From the NCBI RefSeq assembly GCF_000143415.4, contig NW_003314263.1, positions 3,668,451-3,732,450 on the forward strand: a DNA stretch of 64,000 nucleotides. The letters are read 5' to 3'. The DNA is from Selaginella moellendorffii. Taxonomy: Eukaryota; Plantae; Lycopodiophyta. The position numbers were made by a program, and so were the translations under genes. Below, piece after piece: positions 22,484 to 34,992 of this stretch. Numbering within the stretch: the first letter of the stretch is position 1; every line of letters starts with the position of its first letter. The notes beneath the pieces are model-generated. The model was not told the origin of the DNA and made no database searches. It worked only from the letters and a program-made list of their open reading frames with translations.

Positions 22484-25036
22484 TCAGTCTTCCTTGATCT
22501 AAGCCAAGAAAAAAAAAGAGAGAAAAAAAAGGAGAGTGAGAAGAATCCACGAAGACGAAGAAGAATGAGATTTTCTAAGCTAGCTCGCGATAGAAAGAAA
22601 GAACTTGCCTGGTTGCTCGGAGTGCTGCTACTGCCGAGACTGCTACTGCTGCCACTGCCGGTCGTGATTGCCTTGGATTTGGATTTGGCATTACTGGAGT
22701 TTGGATGGAAACGCTGCCAAGTATCGGTCAGCAGGCGCCTTCCAGATTCTACCACCACAATCAATCGAACCAAAAACGCCACTATGTTGTTGTAGATGCT
22801 GGAAGAAATTAACACTCGTATCAGAAAGTAGTTGCCCAAACTTTCTACCTCAAGCGATGGCGGTTGAGCGCAGTAAAGAATGCGACCAGACCATTGAGTA
22901 TGTATCTTACAGCTCGAAACACCTATATAAAAGACGAAGTTGGAAGTGAAAACTCTGGTGGAAAAGGAAATACAAAAGAGTACCTTTGAGAAGAGATCAT
23001 CCCAGAGGATCCTCCACATCGATGGTGTCCGAGAGGTTTGCACTGCGGAACTCGCTGTCCATAGCTGAAACGATTGGCTTGTGGCTGTCCAGGACTGCTT
23101 CAATAAATTCAGGACCTCCTGCGCAAAGGAAGTCCATATCGCTGCAGCATACTGCCGAGCATAATCTCCAAGAACAAGAACCACGCGAAAAGCCGGTAGC
23201 ACAGGCCCCATAATCGAAGACACTGCAGTAACAAGCACCGATGAGTGTTAGTTGCATAACAAAACAAGCACCATTAAGCTTAAGTCGCTCACCTAAGTTC
23301 GTCACTGTTGTCAGCAGCACCCAGAACGGCCAAGTCACAAAACTTAAGGCGTAAGAAACCGCACACAGCGTGGACGCGAAGAAGCTTTCCAAAACGAGTT
23401 GGAGAGATTGCGTCCCTTGAACAAAAGTCGCCCAAAACGGAAGGAAGAAACTCCACAAGAGCTGCAGCGGCTCCATGACGGGTTTCATGACAAGCGAGGC
23501 GAGCTGACGCACCGACTTGACGATGAGAAACACCCACGCAAAAGCCTTCTCGTAGTTCTGTAGAACCAGCATCGTCCCCAGGTACTTTAGCCGAGAAACC
23601 ATCTCCCAGGACTCTATCCATTCGAACAGTGGCCCCAGCATATGACTCGCCGTTGCTTTCAGGACGGGGACGTTCTTGTACAGGTCGTAGAAGCCGATCA
23701 TGACCGTCACCACCGAAATCAAAAAGTAGATGGTCCTGGCGAGAGGTCGCATCCACGGCCGATATATGTTGCAGAACACTGGATACGACTGCATGAAAAT
23801 GACCCAGGGGAAAAGCCCCGACTCGAGCATCTTCAGCAGACGTTGGTCCGACGTGATTATGTCTCTGAGCTCGAACGGCAGTAGGGGGTCCGAAAATCTG
23901 AACACTACCAGCGCGTCCTTGTAAATGTGAGCCACTGGAACCTCTGGCGAATGTTTTGTGGCTTCGTCTCGACTGCTGCGCAGCTTTCGTCGAGAACAGA
24001 ACACTGGCGACTGAGTGGATTCATCTGACGGGGAGTATGGGCTGCACGGAAGATCTGTTTCGAGAGCTAAGTCCATTATGTCCTTCTCGGCGTCAGTGAC
24101 CACGCTCTCGGACTCGGGTGGCCAGACCTGTCGTACGGGACTGAAAAATCCGCCATCCGCTGCGTATCTATCAACACCATCTTCGTCTACGCATTGTCTC
24201 TTGCACCTATCGGCGTCCACAAAAATATCGGCCTGGCATCTTCCCCGTTTACCACTCTGCTTGCTTCCCAGACCGCAGTGCGACCCGTAAAAATCTAACG
24301 CGTGCTCGAGACAGTCGAATTCTCTCTTTCGCATTTGCTTCACTTCCAACGAGAGACAAGTATCTGTCTGTTTGAAAACCTTTAGTACGTGATCAAAAGA
24401 AGAAAACGAAGAACAACTTACCTGGAGCTCGTTTGTGTAGTTCATGCCTCGGACGTCAGCCCAAGAAACCTCGAAACCCACGCAACCGTGGAACTGCGGG
24501 CAGAGAATTCCCGAGTGAACCAGGCTCTTGTAGTGTCGCCGGATGATCCCATAGATCGAGTCCCAGTTGTAGAGGTGTAAGTGTTTGAGCCCAACGTTGA
24601 TGGAGTCACCACCACTTCCTCCCATCTCCAGCTTATCACTCCTGCTACTCAAACGCTGGTTTGCGAAAGGTGACACTCTCGACTGTGGAGAGAACCAAAG
24701 TAGTTCTTCGTCAGCTCCAACGAGAAAGAGAAGAAAAAGAATCACAGACCTTCGCCACCACGAATGGCCAAAATTCTGTCGGTCTCAAGCCTAGAGATTT
24801 GCTCACACTCCATGGTCCATTGTCCACCAAGAACACTAGGCTCGCATTATCGCAGGGCATGAAGAGGAAGAGCTCCGATCGATAAGACTGGATATCCCTG
24901 TCACAGCAAACGATGCGACTCCGTAATGCCGGTGGAATTCCCCAAGAACTTACCCGATCTGGAGAGAAACGAGGAGATAGAGATGGTGATGCTCCGGGAC
25001 GCCGCCGGCGTCACACTGCCGCTCCCGCCGCGCCAT
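22484..25036 (-). CDS. Conserved plant membrane protein of unknown function (multi-exon)
   Basis: Spliced reading gives MARR...SLQIG/DIQSYRSELFLF...LVDNGPW...SRVSPFAN...WADVRGMNYTNELQ/TDTCL...LLKMLESGLFPWVIFMQSYPVFC...VTVMIGFYDLYKNVPVLKATA. The 3' end is uncertain (possible GC-AG final intron). Confidence 0.72.
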
Positions 25037-25429
25037 GGAGCCGCTAAAACCCTAAGATCCCGCGGCAAGATCATCGATCAGCCTGGAATTCAAGCGTCAT
25101 TGCCCCGCGGCTGGCAGCTCCGGAGCTCCAGAGCGCCCGGCGATGAGTAGCGCCACTCGAGCGCCTTGTCTCTCGGAGAGCTCATTCTCCTACGTGTGCC
25201 TGACAAGAATTCCGCGGGCTCGACGAACCAGATGCGTCCACGTCGGAGTCCAACGTGTACTTGCCAGCTCGGAGCCACGTTTACAATATAATATAAAGGA
25301 GGGCCCTCCTTTAAGGTACAAAGGACCGCCTTAAACATCTAACGGTGCCGATTAGATTATACTACAAAAGCCCTAAAAAGAATTGCCACGTCACCATGTG
25401 AGAAGTAGGGTTTTTTTCATACGGGAGCG
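25037..25429. promoter_or_regulatory. Probable bidirectional promoter (~390 bp between divergent start codons)
   Basis: Divergent ATGs at 25036 (-) and 25430 (+). Contains TATA-like tataatataa (~25287), a G-box/ABRE-like gccacgtc (~25385) and telo-box-like aaaccctaa/tagggttt motifs. Confidence 0.55.
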
Positions 25430-28400
25430 ATGCTCAAGTTCCTCAAGGGCGTGGTTGGATCTGCCGCTGGCGGGATCAAGGATCTCCCATACAGCATCGG
25501 TGATCCCTACGCCGCGAGCTGGGGATCATGGACGCATTGCCAGGGAACATCCAAGGTGCGCTCCCTGCTGCTAGATTCTTGAATGTAGATCTGGAAATAT
25601 TTCGCAGGAGGACAATTCCCCCGTGTCGATCTTCTCTTTCACGGCCTCTGGCGCTCAGGATGGTCGGCTAGCGCCAGCGCGCAATGGTGTCAAGCGCCTT
25701 AGAACGGTAGCGTGGAGAATTTCGTTCTTTTTGGTTGGAGACAGATTTGGTGCTTCCAGGTGCGGCATCCAAATGTTCTATCCTTCCTCCATAGCACCGA
25801 AGTGGAAGGAATGGAAGGGAAGATCACGATTTACGTTGTGACTGAGCCCGTGATGCCTCTAGCGGAGAAAATCAAGGATATGGGCTTGATAGACACTCAA
25901 AGGTGAGTAATGGTATCCCTCTTGCGTTTTTCTTTTCACGAAGAGCTTCTTGGTTGTTTACAGGGATGAGTATTTCGCCTGGGGATTGCATCAAGTTTCC
26001 AAGGCCGTGAGCTTCCTCAACAATGACTGCAAATTGGTAAGCTCTTTGTACTGTTCTTCCAAGAGTTTTGTTTGAGTTTTGTCTTCCAGGTACATGGAAA
26101 TGTATGTTTATCTGCCGTTGTGGTTACTCCCGCACTGGATTGGAAGCTTCATGCCTTCGACGTGCTTGCGGAGTTTGATGGTGCGAATCCGGAGGCATCT
26201 GGACCCATGCTGGTAAGTAGTGCCTTGTATTTCTCCCTGATGTAGTTTTGATGGGGTACTTCCTCGTGTGAGCAGCAATATGAATGGTTAGTGGGGAGCC
26301 AGTACAAGTCTTTAGAATTTGCCAAAGCCGACTGGGCGTTAATTCGCAAATCTCCTCAATATGCGCTGGATGCGTGGGGTCTAGGTGGGCGTTTCGACTT
26401 CATTTGTTTTCGAGAAGTGATGCAAGGTTGCTGTAGGATGCTTGATATACGAGCTATTCTCGAACACAAATCTGGCAAAAACGGAGGACTTACGAAACAC
26501 AGCACCAATTCCCAAGGTTTTGTGGCGGCCGGAGTGATAGTAGAGTATTAACATTACGTTGCAGAATTTGTTGCCCGATTATCAAAGGTTGCTGAGCTCT
26601 CAGCCCTCACGGAGACTAAATCCTTCGAAGTTGATAGAAAACAGCGGTAATATTGTCCAGCACTATTTTATATTTACTCGTTTTGATGCGCAGATTTCTT
26701 TCAAAATAAACTTGTGGAAACAATCCAGTTCATGGAGGTCCTGAACCTGAAGGATAGTGTTGAAAAAGACTCGTTTTTTAGAAAGCTGTCAACTCTTGTG
26801 GAACAGCTTCCTCGGCAAATAGTTTTGAAAAAGGTACGGCATTTCCCAGCTAGTGCTGGACTCATTTTTTTCACGACCAGATTCTTCCAATGGTGGCTTC
26901 AGCTCTGGAGTTTGGGTCCGCAGCAGCTCCTGCGTTAACTCCGTTTTTGAAAATGGGGGCCTGGCTGTCACAAGACGAACTAACATCCAAGGTCATAGAC
27001 CATACGTATGTGCTCGTACTGCATTTTCTTTTATTTCTTTAAAGTTTTGGATTGGCAACACTGCACCGTCGTTCTGCATTTTCTCCTTATTTGTAAAGCG
27101 CCTGACTCTCTTTATTCACAGGTTGTGCCGACTATTGTAAAACTTTTTGCGTCGACCGACCGTGCTATTCGAGCAAGTTTATTGCAAAACATTGATCAGT
27201 ATGGAAATGCTTTTCCATCTCAACTCTTGGATGAGCAAGTTGAGTTCTGTAGTCACTCGAATCTAAAAACTAAAAATGCCTGCACAGGTTTTTCCGCATT
27301 TGGCGACTGGTTTTTCGGACACTTCTGCCTTGCTACGAGAGCTAACGTTGAAGTCAATGCTCATTCTTGCACCAAAGGTTTTTTTAAAAAATTTTTTCCA
27401 TGTCAAAGGCCATTATAACCTTCATTCTGAAAGCAGTTGTCTCAAAGAACCATTACGGGATCTCTGTTGAAACACTTATCGAAATTGCAGGTTCCTTTTT
27501 CTCTTCTTTTTTCTTATAGTCTGATTCTTATATGACGCATTTCAGGTTGACGAAGAACCTGCGATACGAACGAACACTACAATTTTACTGGGAAACATTG
27601 CCGGCCTTCTTAACGACTCTGTAAGCTCTTCCTTTTGTATTTTCTTCCATTCAAGTTAGATATTTCATGTAGACAAGAAAAAGAGTCTTGATCAACGCGT
27701 TCACGGTGAGGGCTCTAAGGGATGGATTTGCTCCTGCAAGGGGTGCTGGTATGCATTTGAGCTCTTTGAGCTCTTTCCTTCTTTAATCAATGTGTTACTG
27801 ATTTGTTCATTTGATAAGGTATTATGGCCCTCACAGCCACAAGCCAATACTACGATGTGGTAGAGATTGCTACTCGGGTGCTACCCAGCCTTGTTAATTT
27901 GACAATCGATGCTGACAGGTTTCAAAAAGTTTTTCATCTTTTATTCTAGTTGCCTCACTATTTGTCAATAATGTCCAGTGACGTGAGGACTAAAGCCTTT
28001 GAAGCTACTGAAACATTCTTGCAGCTTGTCCGGAAGCATCACAACAAGGTAAGCATTCTCCACATCGAAAATTGATTAAAAAATCATCACTTACCAGCAG
28101 CTCGAGGATGGAGTGAGTCCCAGTGATAACGCTAGTATTCTCCCTGTCGCAACGTCAGGTCTTCTCGGGTACGTCCTTGTAATGCTTATTACTTTTGATA
28201 GCTGACTATCTCTTGTCGTCTAAAGCTGGGCTGTGAGCTCTCTCAAGACCAAGGCTCCCGATCTACCGAGCCAAACATCCGGCACTCTTTCAACCGTGTC
28301 CTCGGAACCTATCGCCGCCACTGCTGCCGCTGCTCCATCCGTGGAGCATCACCAGCCAGCACGCCAGCCCAGCACTTCCTTGAGCGAAGATTTCTTCGAC

Positions 28401-28890
28401 AGCGTAGCCGACGACCAAAGAGCGGACGACGAACGAGATGGATGGGACGACATGGAAGACTCGGCAGCTGCCACAGCAACTCCATCACTGTCGAGAATAC
28501 AAGCTGCGCAACAGCGTCCCATTGCATCGGCACCTCTCCCGTCCCATGCGAACACAAACGGCCCCGAGCAAATAACCACTGGTAAGAGAGTCTCCAACTC
28601 TTTCCTCCGCTGCGTTTCTCATTTCTCCTCTTTGCTTCGCAGGAGCAACGGTTGCTAGACAAGCAAGCAAAACGCAAGTGAGCGATGACGAGGATCCGTG
28701 GGCCGAGATCGCTGCGCCACCTCCATCGACGAAACCACGGGCAGTTGTTTCAACTCAGTCGAGAGTAAGGCAGGGACAGCACGTATCTTTGGGGGCCATG
28801 GGCTTGGGCGGTGCTGGACGAGGCCGAGGACGAAGCTCAGCAGCGCCCATGAAGCTTGGCGCTCAACGCGTCACAAAACCTCCTCCATAG
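25430..28890 (+). CDS. SCYL1: SCY1-like pseudokinase with HEAT repeats (SCYL1/CTEXP-like), multi-exon
   Basis: [11 protein letters not shown]...[90 protein letters not shown] and C-terminal PMKLGAQR. Many ~50-bp introns. Confidence 0.92.
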
Positions 28891-29108
28891 TGACAAGAGC
28901 GCTGGAGTTTTATTCTTTGTACTATAAGAAAGATAAAGATTTTTTCCAAGTGTATGAACATCGTGAAAAAGAAATAATTTCAGTAAGATGCTTTTTAGAT
29001 TCGTCCAGATAACTTTAAACTTTTTGGATGAGGGGTTTCTTGACAAGGTCAATACAACAAAAGCATTGGCTAGACCGTCAGCTCATTTGGAGGGCACAGT
29101 GTGGAGGC

Positions 29109-29849
29109 ATGGACGGGTAAGCTAAGCTCAAGCGCCATATTTTTGCTAGTCAGTCATGGGTTCTTCCTTGTCGAGGTTTGGGATCGACCCAACCCAAGAA
29201 AAGAAATCTCTTCGATCTAAAAGCTTTCTTTTGGTTTTCTGTGTGTGATCAGCCAACACAGCGTTAAGACTGTCTCTGCGCAGGAAGCCCAGGCGCTGAT
29301 GAAAGATGAGGGCTATGGATACTTGGATGTGAGGTATAATTGTGTTCTAAACTTTGATCCTAGCGGAAGTTTCGTGTTTCTGCTTTTGATCTCTCCAACT
29401 TATCAGGACTGTTGAGGAGTTTTCTGCTGGACATGTGGAGAACGCTGTGAACATCCCATACAAGATCAAGAGCGGCTTTGGTATGTCTGGCTTTAAATTT
29501 TTACTTACTGAGAAGTGGCTGTTTTTCCAGGCATGGCTTCAAACCCAAAGTTTGTGGAAGAAGTTTCAGCCAAGTTTCCAAAAGACACAAAGCTTGTAAT
29601 TGTAAGGAAGAACTCCTTTTCTTTTCTTTTTTCCTGGCTGCCTGTGAATCTTAACTTCTGTTTCTCAGGCTTGTCAGGGTGGCATGCGATCTGCAGCAGC
29701 TGCTAAAGAACTCAAAGCCTTGGTAAATTAAATTCACTTTCTGTGCTCTCTTCTTACATTCTTTTTCTTGGCAGGAATTTGCCAACCTTGTGGACATGGC
29801 TCCTGGATTTGGAGGCTGGGCTCGCTTGGGCTTACCTTCTACAAAGTGA
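29109..29849 (+). CDS. Single-domain rhodanese / thiosulfate sulfurtransferase (6 exons)
   Basis: Spliced translation: ...GYGYLDV/RTVEEFSAGHVENAVNIPY.../NPKFVEEV.../ACQGGMRS.../DMAPGFGGWARLGLPSTK*. Catalytic Cys loop CQGGMRS is present. Confidence 0.9.
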
Positions 29850-32589
29850 CACATGAAAAATAGTTGCTCTCTTAAATAATTCTACATCTCGTAGGAATTA
29901 ATTTACTTGTCTGTTTCAAACAATAATTCTACATCTCGTAGAACGTTATTATCTGTTTTATATAAAATATGCACTGATGTCCATAGATTTAAAGAGGTGA
30001 CGGCATGGTGTTCCTAGACACATTGTCTTAGCCAGACATGGTCAGAGTTCCTAAACACATTGTCTTATTCAAATAAAGTTAGAAGGTTGCAAAGGCTTTA
30101 TTCACTTCGAAATTCTATGCATTTCCAGAGGAGGGAAGTGCATTTTCTTTGGAGATGTGCCCCTTTCAATCCTGATCCATATAAAGGATTTGCCAGGGTG
30201 AGAGGATTGAGTGGGAGCATTTAGAAATCAGCACCTCACTCTGTTTGGAGGCCTTTCTTTTGGTTGCTCCAAAATTTAAGGGTTCCATGATCACATGTGT
30301 GACACTGCTTAAGCATTCCATGTTAGGAGTTTGCATTTGTAGAGCCCAGAGTCCCAGTCTGATAAGAGACGAGAATATTATACTCTTAGAATAGAATGAA
30401 TTATTTGTGATTATTTTGCTACTAGAGAGTGCCTAAAACTAATTTATATAGTAGCTGATAAGTGGTTTTTCTTTCTTTGTTATATTTCTTATAAATATGT
30501 GAGTGCACATATTTGATTAGCCTAAAACCCTAGCTTATATACAAGAGAATAATAGTCATAATATATATTGAACTTCACATCATAGAAGGCAATTAGGGTT
30601 TTTTATATTAATAGGCTTGGATTTAGAAGAACATGCAAAGAAGATTGCATATGTATAATTTTTGGAGGATTGACTTATTGAATGTTGTATTAAACCTTTT
30701 AAAATATATGGTTCAACTTGCCAGAACACTTGATACAATCCCTTCTATTGGGCAAGAAACCCTTTACAAAAATTATATACTATAAAATTAAATTAATACC
30801 AAATCATCCACTTTGGATGATATTGTACTAACTCTTACTTAATCTTACTTAGCTTTAGCTATTCACTATATGAGCAATAGGGTGTTAACCATCTCTTCAT
30901 AAATTTCTAAACTCTCTCTTTCAATCCCTCTTTCTAGATTATACTAGACTTAAGGTTTAATTACATTCCTTAGAAACACAAGCAACCAAGTACACCAAGC
31001 CTTCAAAGTTTTTAATATTTCTTGATATAACAAGACTTGTTTATGGATACTTTAAATCCTAAACCTTGGGTATATCTCTTAGTTTGAAACCTCAGAGGGG
31101 AACATTATGGCATAATAGTTTAATATAGGTATTGTAACTTCCAAATTCCATTTCAAAAGGAAGGCCTAAACCCCTAATGAAGGGATGAAAATTGGCACCA
31201 CTCCACTTGAGTTGGGAACATTATAATTAGTTTCACTTTTAGGAATTTTGGGAATGGGAGTTACTTTTAAACACTTCCTTAAAAAGCTTATTTAGCACCT
31301 TTTATGTCCCACCCAAGGCTACTAACCTTAAGTCCCATCTTTAACATGGTGTAGAAACTCCACTAGAGAGTTCTTTTAAAATTGAATCCTTAACCTCATT
31401 TTCCATATTATAATCTCGGTGTATATAAGCAAAGCATAGTTCCAATAGAGATTAAAACTTTATATTGATAGTGTACTTCTGAGGATAAATAATGATATTA
31501 GATTGAAAACCAACTTTACATGAATTATAATTATGTAAACCACTTTCATGAGCTTGTGGTCACTCTCAAACTTATACAATGGATGTAACATTTGTGATTC
31601 TAGAAAAAAAAAAAAAACATTTAGTCTAATTAGAGGTTTTTTAATTGAATGTGTCAACCCTTTTTCCTTATATTAGCTCCATTCTTTCATCAAAGGTCTC
31701 CAAATCTAAACTTTCACTTCGACTACTATCATGTAGCACTTTTTTAATCTACTTTAGAACTTAGGGATTTGTGTCTCACATTCATCTCATTATACTCATG
31801 CTTTTAAATTGGTTGTGAATTTCCATTGATGATATCCTTTTAAGTGTGATTTTACACCACTTTAGTTGCTATTTGGTGCTTAATATCAAAACCATAAAAT
31901 GATATCATGTATTTACCATCTTTTTATATTTATTGAGTATATTTACCATTACTGACTATGGTGGGAATCGAACTCGAAACTTTTTCTTATACAATTTGAA
32001 TTCAAAACTTGCTATATGTGTGGATAGCATATAATATTAGTATAGACCTATACCCAAATTAATTTTTCTTTTTATCATAAATTCAACTTTTCTTCTCCAT
32101 TATTTTAGTATTTCATTAGTACTCCCCTTCTCTCAGCAATGAGCTCTTGACACCATACAAATATGCAATGGACTAAGGTGGTTTATTCCACTTACGAGTA
32201 TACAAACTTTATAAATATATCTATCTATTTTATTAACTAAAGCTAGATTTTATTTATAAAATCCCCCTAAATCTAGATTCATTCTTCTAAATATCAGTAG
32301 ATTAGTATGTAATGTAACTTCTCCACCTATGATGAAATGACAAGAAAGAGAAAATGCAATTAAAATTTCCTTTAACTCTAGATGAAATTTGTCATTTAGG
32401 ATCAAATATAAAGCTTATAGCAACAAAGTGCAAAAACTATTTAAAAAATAAGAATTTCAAATGAAAAATAAAAACAAGTAAACCATAGATTGATAGGCTA
32501 AAATATTAAAGATCAAGTCATAAAAGGATTTTTTTTTAATGGTATATAATGCTACCACTATCACCATTTGATGCTTAGCCATCATCTCA

Positions 32590-33280
32590 TCATCCTTCAC
32601 CAATATAATGAAATAATACTAAACTTTATTTAGCTTTATTTTATATGTTAATTCTAGTGTTGGATATTGATGCTCTAGGGCTATTTTAATGTTGGTCTTC
32701 TTATGTTTCTTCACTCCTTAGTTGTATATTTGGGAGGTCTCCCAAATATGTCTCTTTGTTCAGTGGCATAAGGTTTTAAAACTTAGATTCCACTCAAATG
32801 CTCTTGGCACACATGTCCAAATGTTAAGTTTGGCTTCATAGTTATTTTATAGTAATTCACTATAAAGTATAGGGTAAAAACTATATACATTATATTAATA
32901 TAAGAGAATCAGTCTCAATAAGTACTATCTAGCGAGATTAGGAAATTAGTAATGTTGTATACACTAAAGTAAAAATGAACAAAAAAGCTAAGAAGGATCT
33001 ATATATATAATTATAGTATACGTGGTTTTCACCATAAACCCTTAGACACGTTGCTAAGCGCAAGAAAACAAAACTCAAATGTTAAAGCTTTGGGCCATTA
33101 AACGAAGGGATAAGACTAAATTCCCAAACATACAACTAAAGAGTGAAAGGATAGGAATATAAAAAGTTATTAAGATAATTTTAAAACATCTAACATCCTA
33201 ATGTCAAGATTACCATACAAAATAAAGCTAAATAGAATTTGGCACTATTTTAGTATACCAATGGTCTAACGTGAGAAACA
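32590..33280. mobile_element. Decayed fold-back/MITE-like element (long diverged inverted repeat)
   Basis: ~32610-32830 (tatttagctttattttatatgttaat...ttcactccttagttgtatatttggga) is the reverse-complement homolog of ~33040-33250 (tcccaaacatacaactaaagagtgaa...attaccatacaaaataaagctaaata). Confidence 0.7.
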
Positions 33281-33399
33281 TATGCTTTGGGCTTTCACCC
33301 CAATCCTAGGAGTTAATCTCTAGAATAATCATGAAAACTTACTAAATATGTAATGGCATTAAATTGCAAATATAGATATGGGAACAACACCATTGTAGT

Positions 33400-34200
33400 C
33401 AAAAGAATTTCTATATTCTATAAATATGCTGAATTAGCAAATTTAAACACTTTCCATAAATAGTCAATAGTGTTGGAACAAAACTTACACATAAGACATA
33501 GTAGCAAGGGTTTTTGGTGAACCCATTAAACTATCATGTAGCGATATTAAAGGATTATAACTCAATATACAAAGGTTTTTGTCATTAGCTAGTGTAAGAC
33601 ATAATGAGATAAGACACCTTATTGAGTTAAGTATGTTTATAATAAAGCATCTTAGAGCAAAAAATTCTTTAAATATTCCCTCTAAAGTATATTTTAAGTG
33701 TGAGAGAGGATATTCTATTTGGGGGTTAAAGTTCATTTAGGGGTTAAGCTCAAACCATTGTACCATTGTCCTTTAAAGATACGTGAGAAACTTAAATGTT
33801 GGACATTATCCCAAAAATGATAGGTGGCAATTGCTATAAAGTAATTGAACTAATGGTACATATCATCCCTAAAATTCTTAAAAAAGAATTCTGGCTACAT
33901 GTGAGGATTGGTAGTAAAAGCAAAATGAATTACACTATGCACCATAAACATTATTAGCAATTAAGTATGATTGTTCAATTACAACCACATAACATCAAAC
34001 AATTACACCAATTGTTGCTCTAGAGTCAAAGGAGGAGGAAGCTACTACTCTATCATAAAAATGACCAAAAAAAGAAAGCACTAAAGAAGAAATTATAAAG
34101 CTACAAAAATGGAATGATTTAAACGATGCAAAAATTAGATTTAAACCAAAAGCACAAATCAAAGCATTTTTTAAGGATAATAAAAAATGCCCCTCTAATA
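33400..34200 (+). mobile_element. Possible highly degenerate retroelement remnant
   Basis: A-rich, stop-riddled coding-like sequence. A fragment at ~33790-33880 (GGNCYKVIEL) resembles gypsy integrase C-terminal regions. Weak. Confidence 0.3.
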
Positions 34201-34216
34201 TGAGTGGATGGAATAT

Positions 34217-34376
34217 AGAATGAAATGTACAACTTGTATATAGGAGCAAGTGGTTCAGATTAATATTAATTTGATGATGATCAAAATCCCACTATATGGA
34301 ATGAAATGTGTAGCTTGTATATAGGAGCCAGTGGTCTGGATTAAAATTAATCTGATGATAACCAAAATCCCACTAT
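34217..34376. repeat. Two tandem ~81-bp units
   Basis: gaatgaaatgt...cttgtatataggagc...attaat...aaaatcccactata occurs twice. Confidence 0.8.
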
Positions 34377-34992
34377 ACTAATTAGTATATGGCATCATAG
34401 ATCTCACAAAGTGTAAATTAATATTTATCACTATTTAATTTTAAATATTTATATTTTATTAAATTTGTAGAACTAGTGTATTATCTTTGGTAACTAAATT
34501 TATTATTTGTACGGAAGGATTTACACATTTATATGTGTGTATGTATGAGGCCTATCAACATCTAAAATATTATTTTGTGATACCTACAAACTTTCAATAT
34601 TAGAGAAAGAAATATCATAGGATACTTCTACATGTAGGAAGAAGTAATTTTTTTCTATAAAGAAAGTCAGAACCACTTAAGTCACTTAGTTGGAAAATTC
34701 CAAATTGAAGAATATGTCAAAACTGAATCATCACTTATTTTGTTATCACAGTTTTTTTTTATTATTATTATTAATTTTTTTTGGAGGGGGGGGAATGGGT
34801 CCAATGTAATGGATGCAAATATTTCAGAAAAAAAAAGTCAGATATCATAAGCAAAAGTTGACTTACTGGTGAAGCACGAGAGCAAGAATATGTCAGAATC
34901 TTCAATTTAGATAATCCAAGCCCATGCTATATACACGGTCTGGCAGCGCCCTCAAGAAAGGAGCATGAGACCAAAGGATCCAAAACATCAAG

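Noticed and set aside
22997-24745. 582-aa single-exon ORF
   Set aside because: It reads through in-frame introns (e.g. VSCSSFSSFDHVLKVFKQ). Treated as part of the spliced gene 22484-25036.
29870-30070. Short tandem duplications downstream of the rhodanese gene
   Set aside because: Ordinary slippage-type duplications with no further structure.
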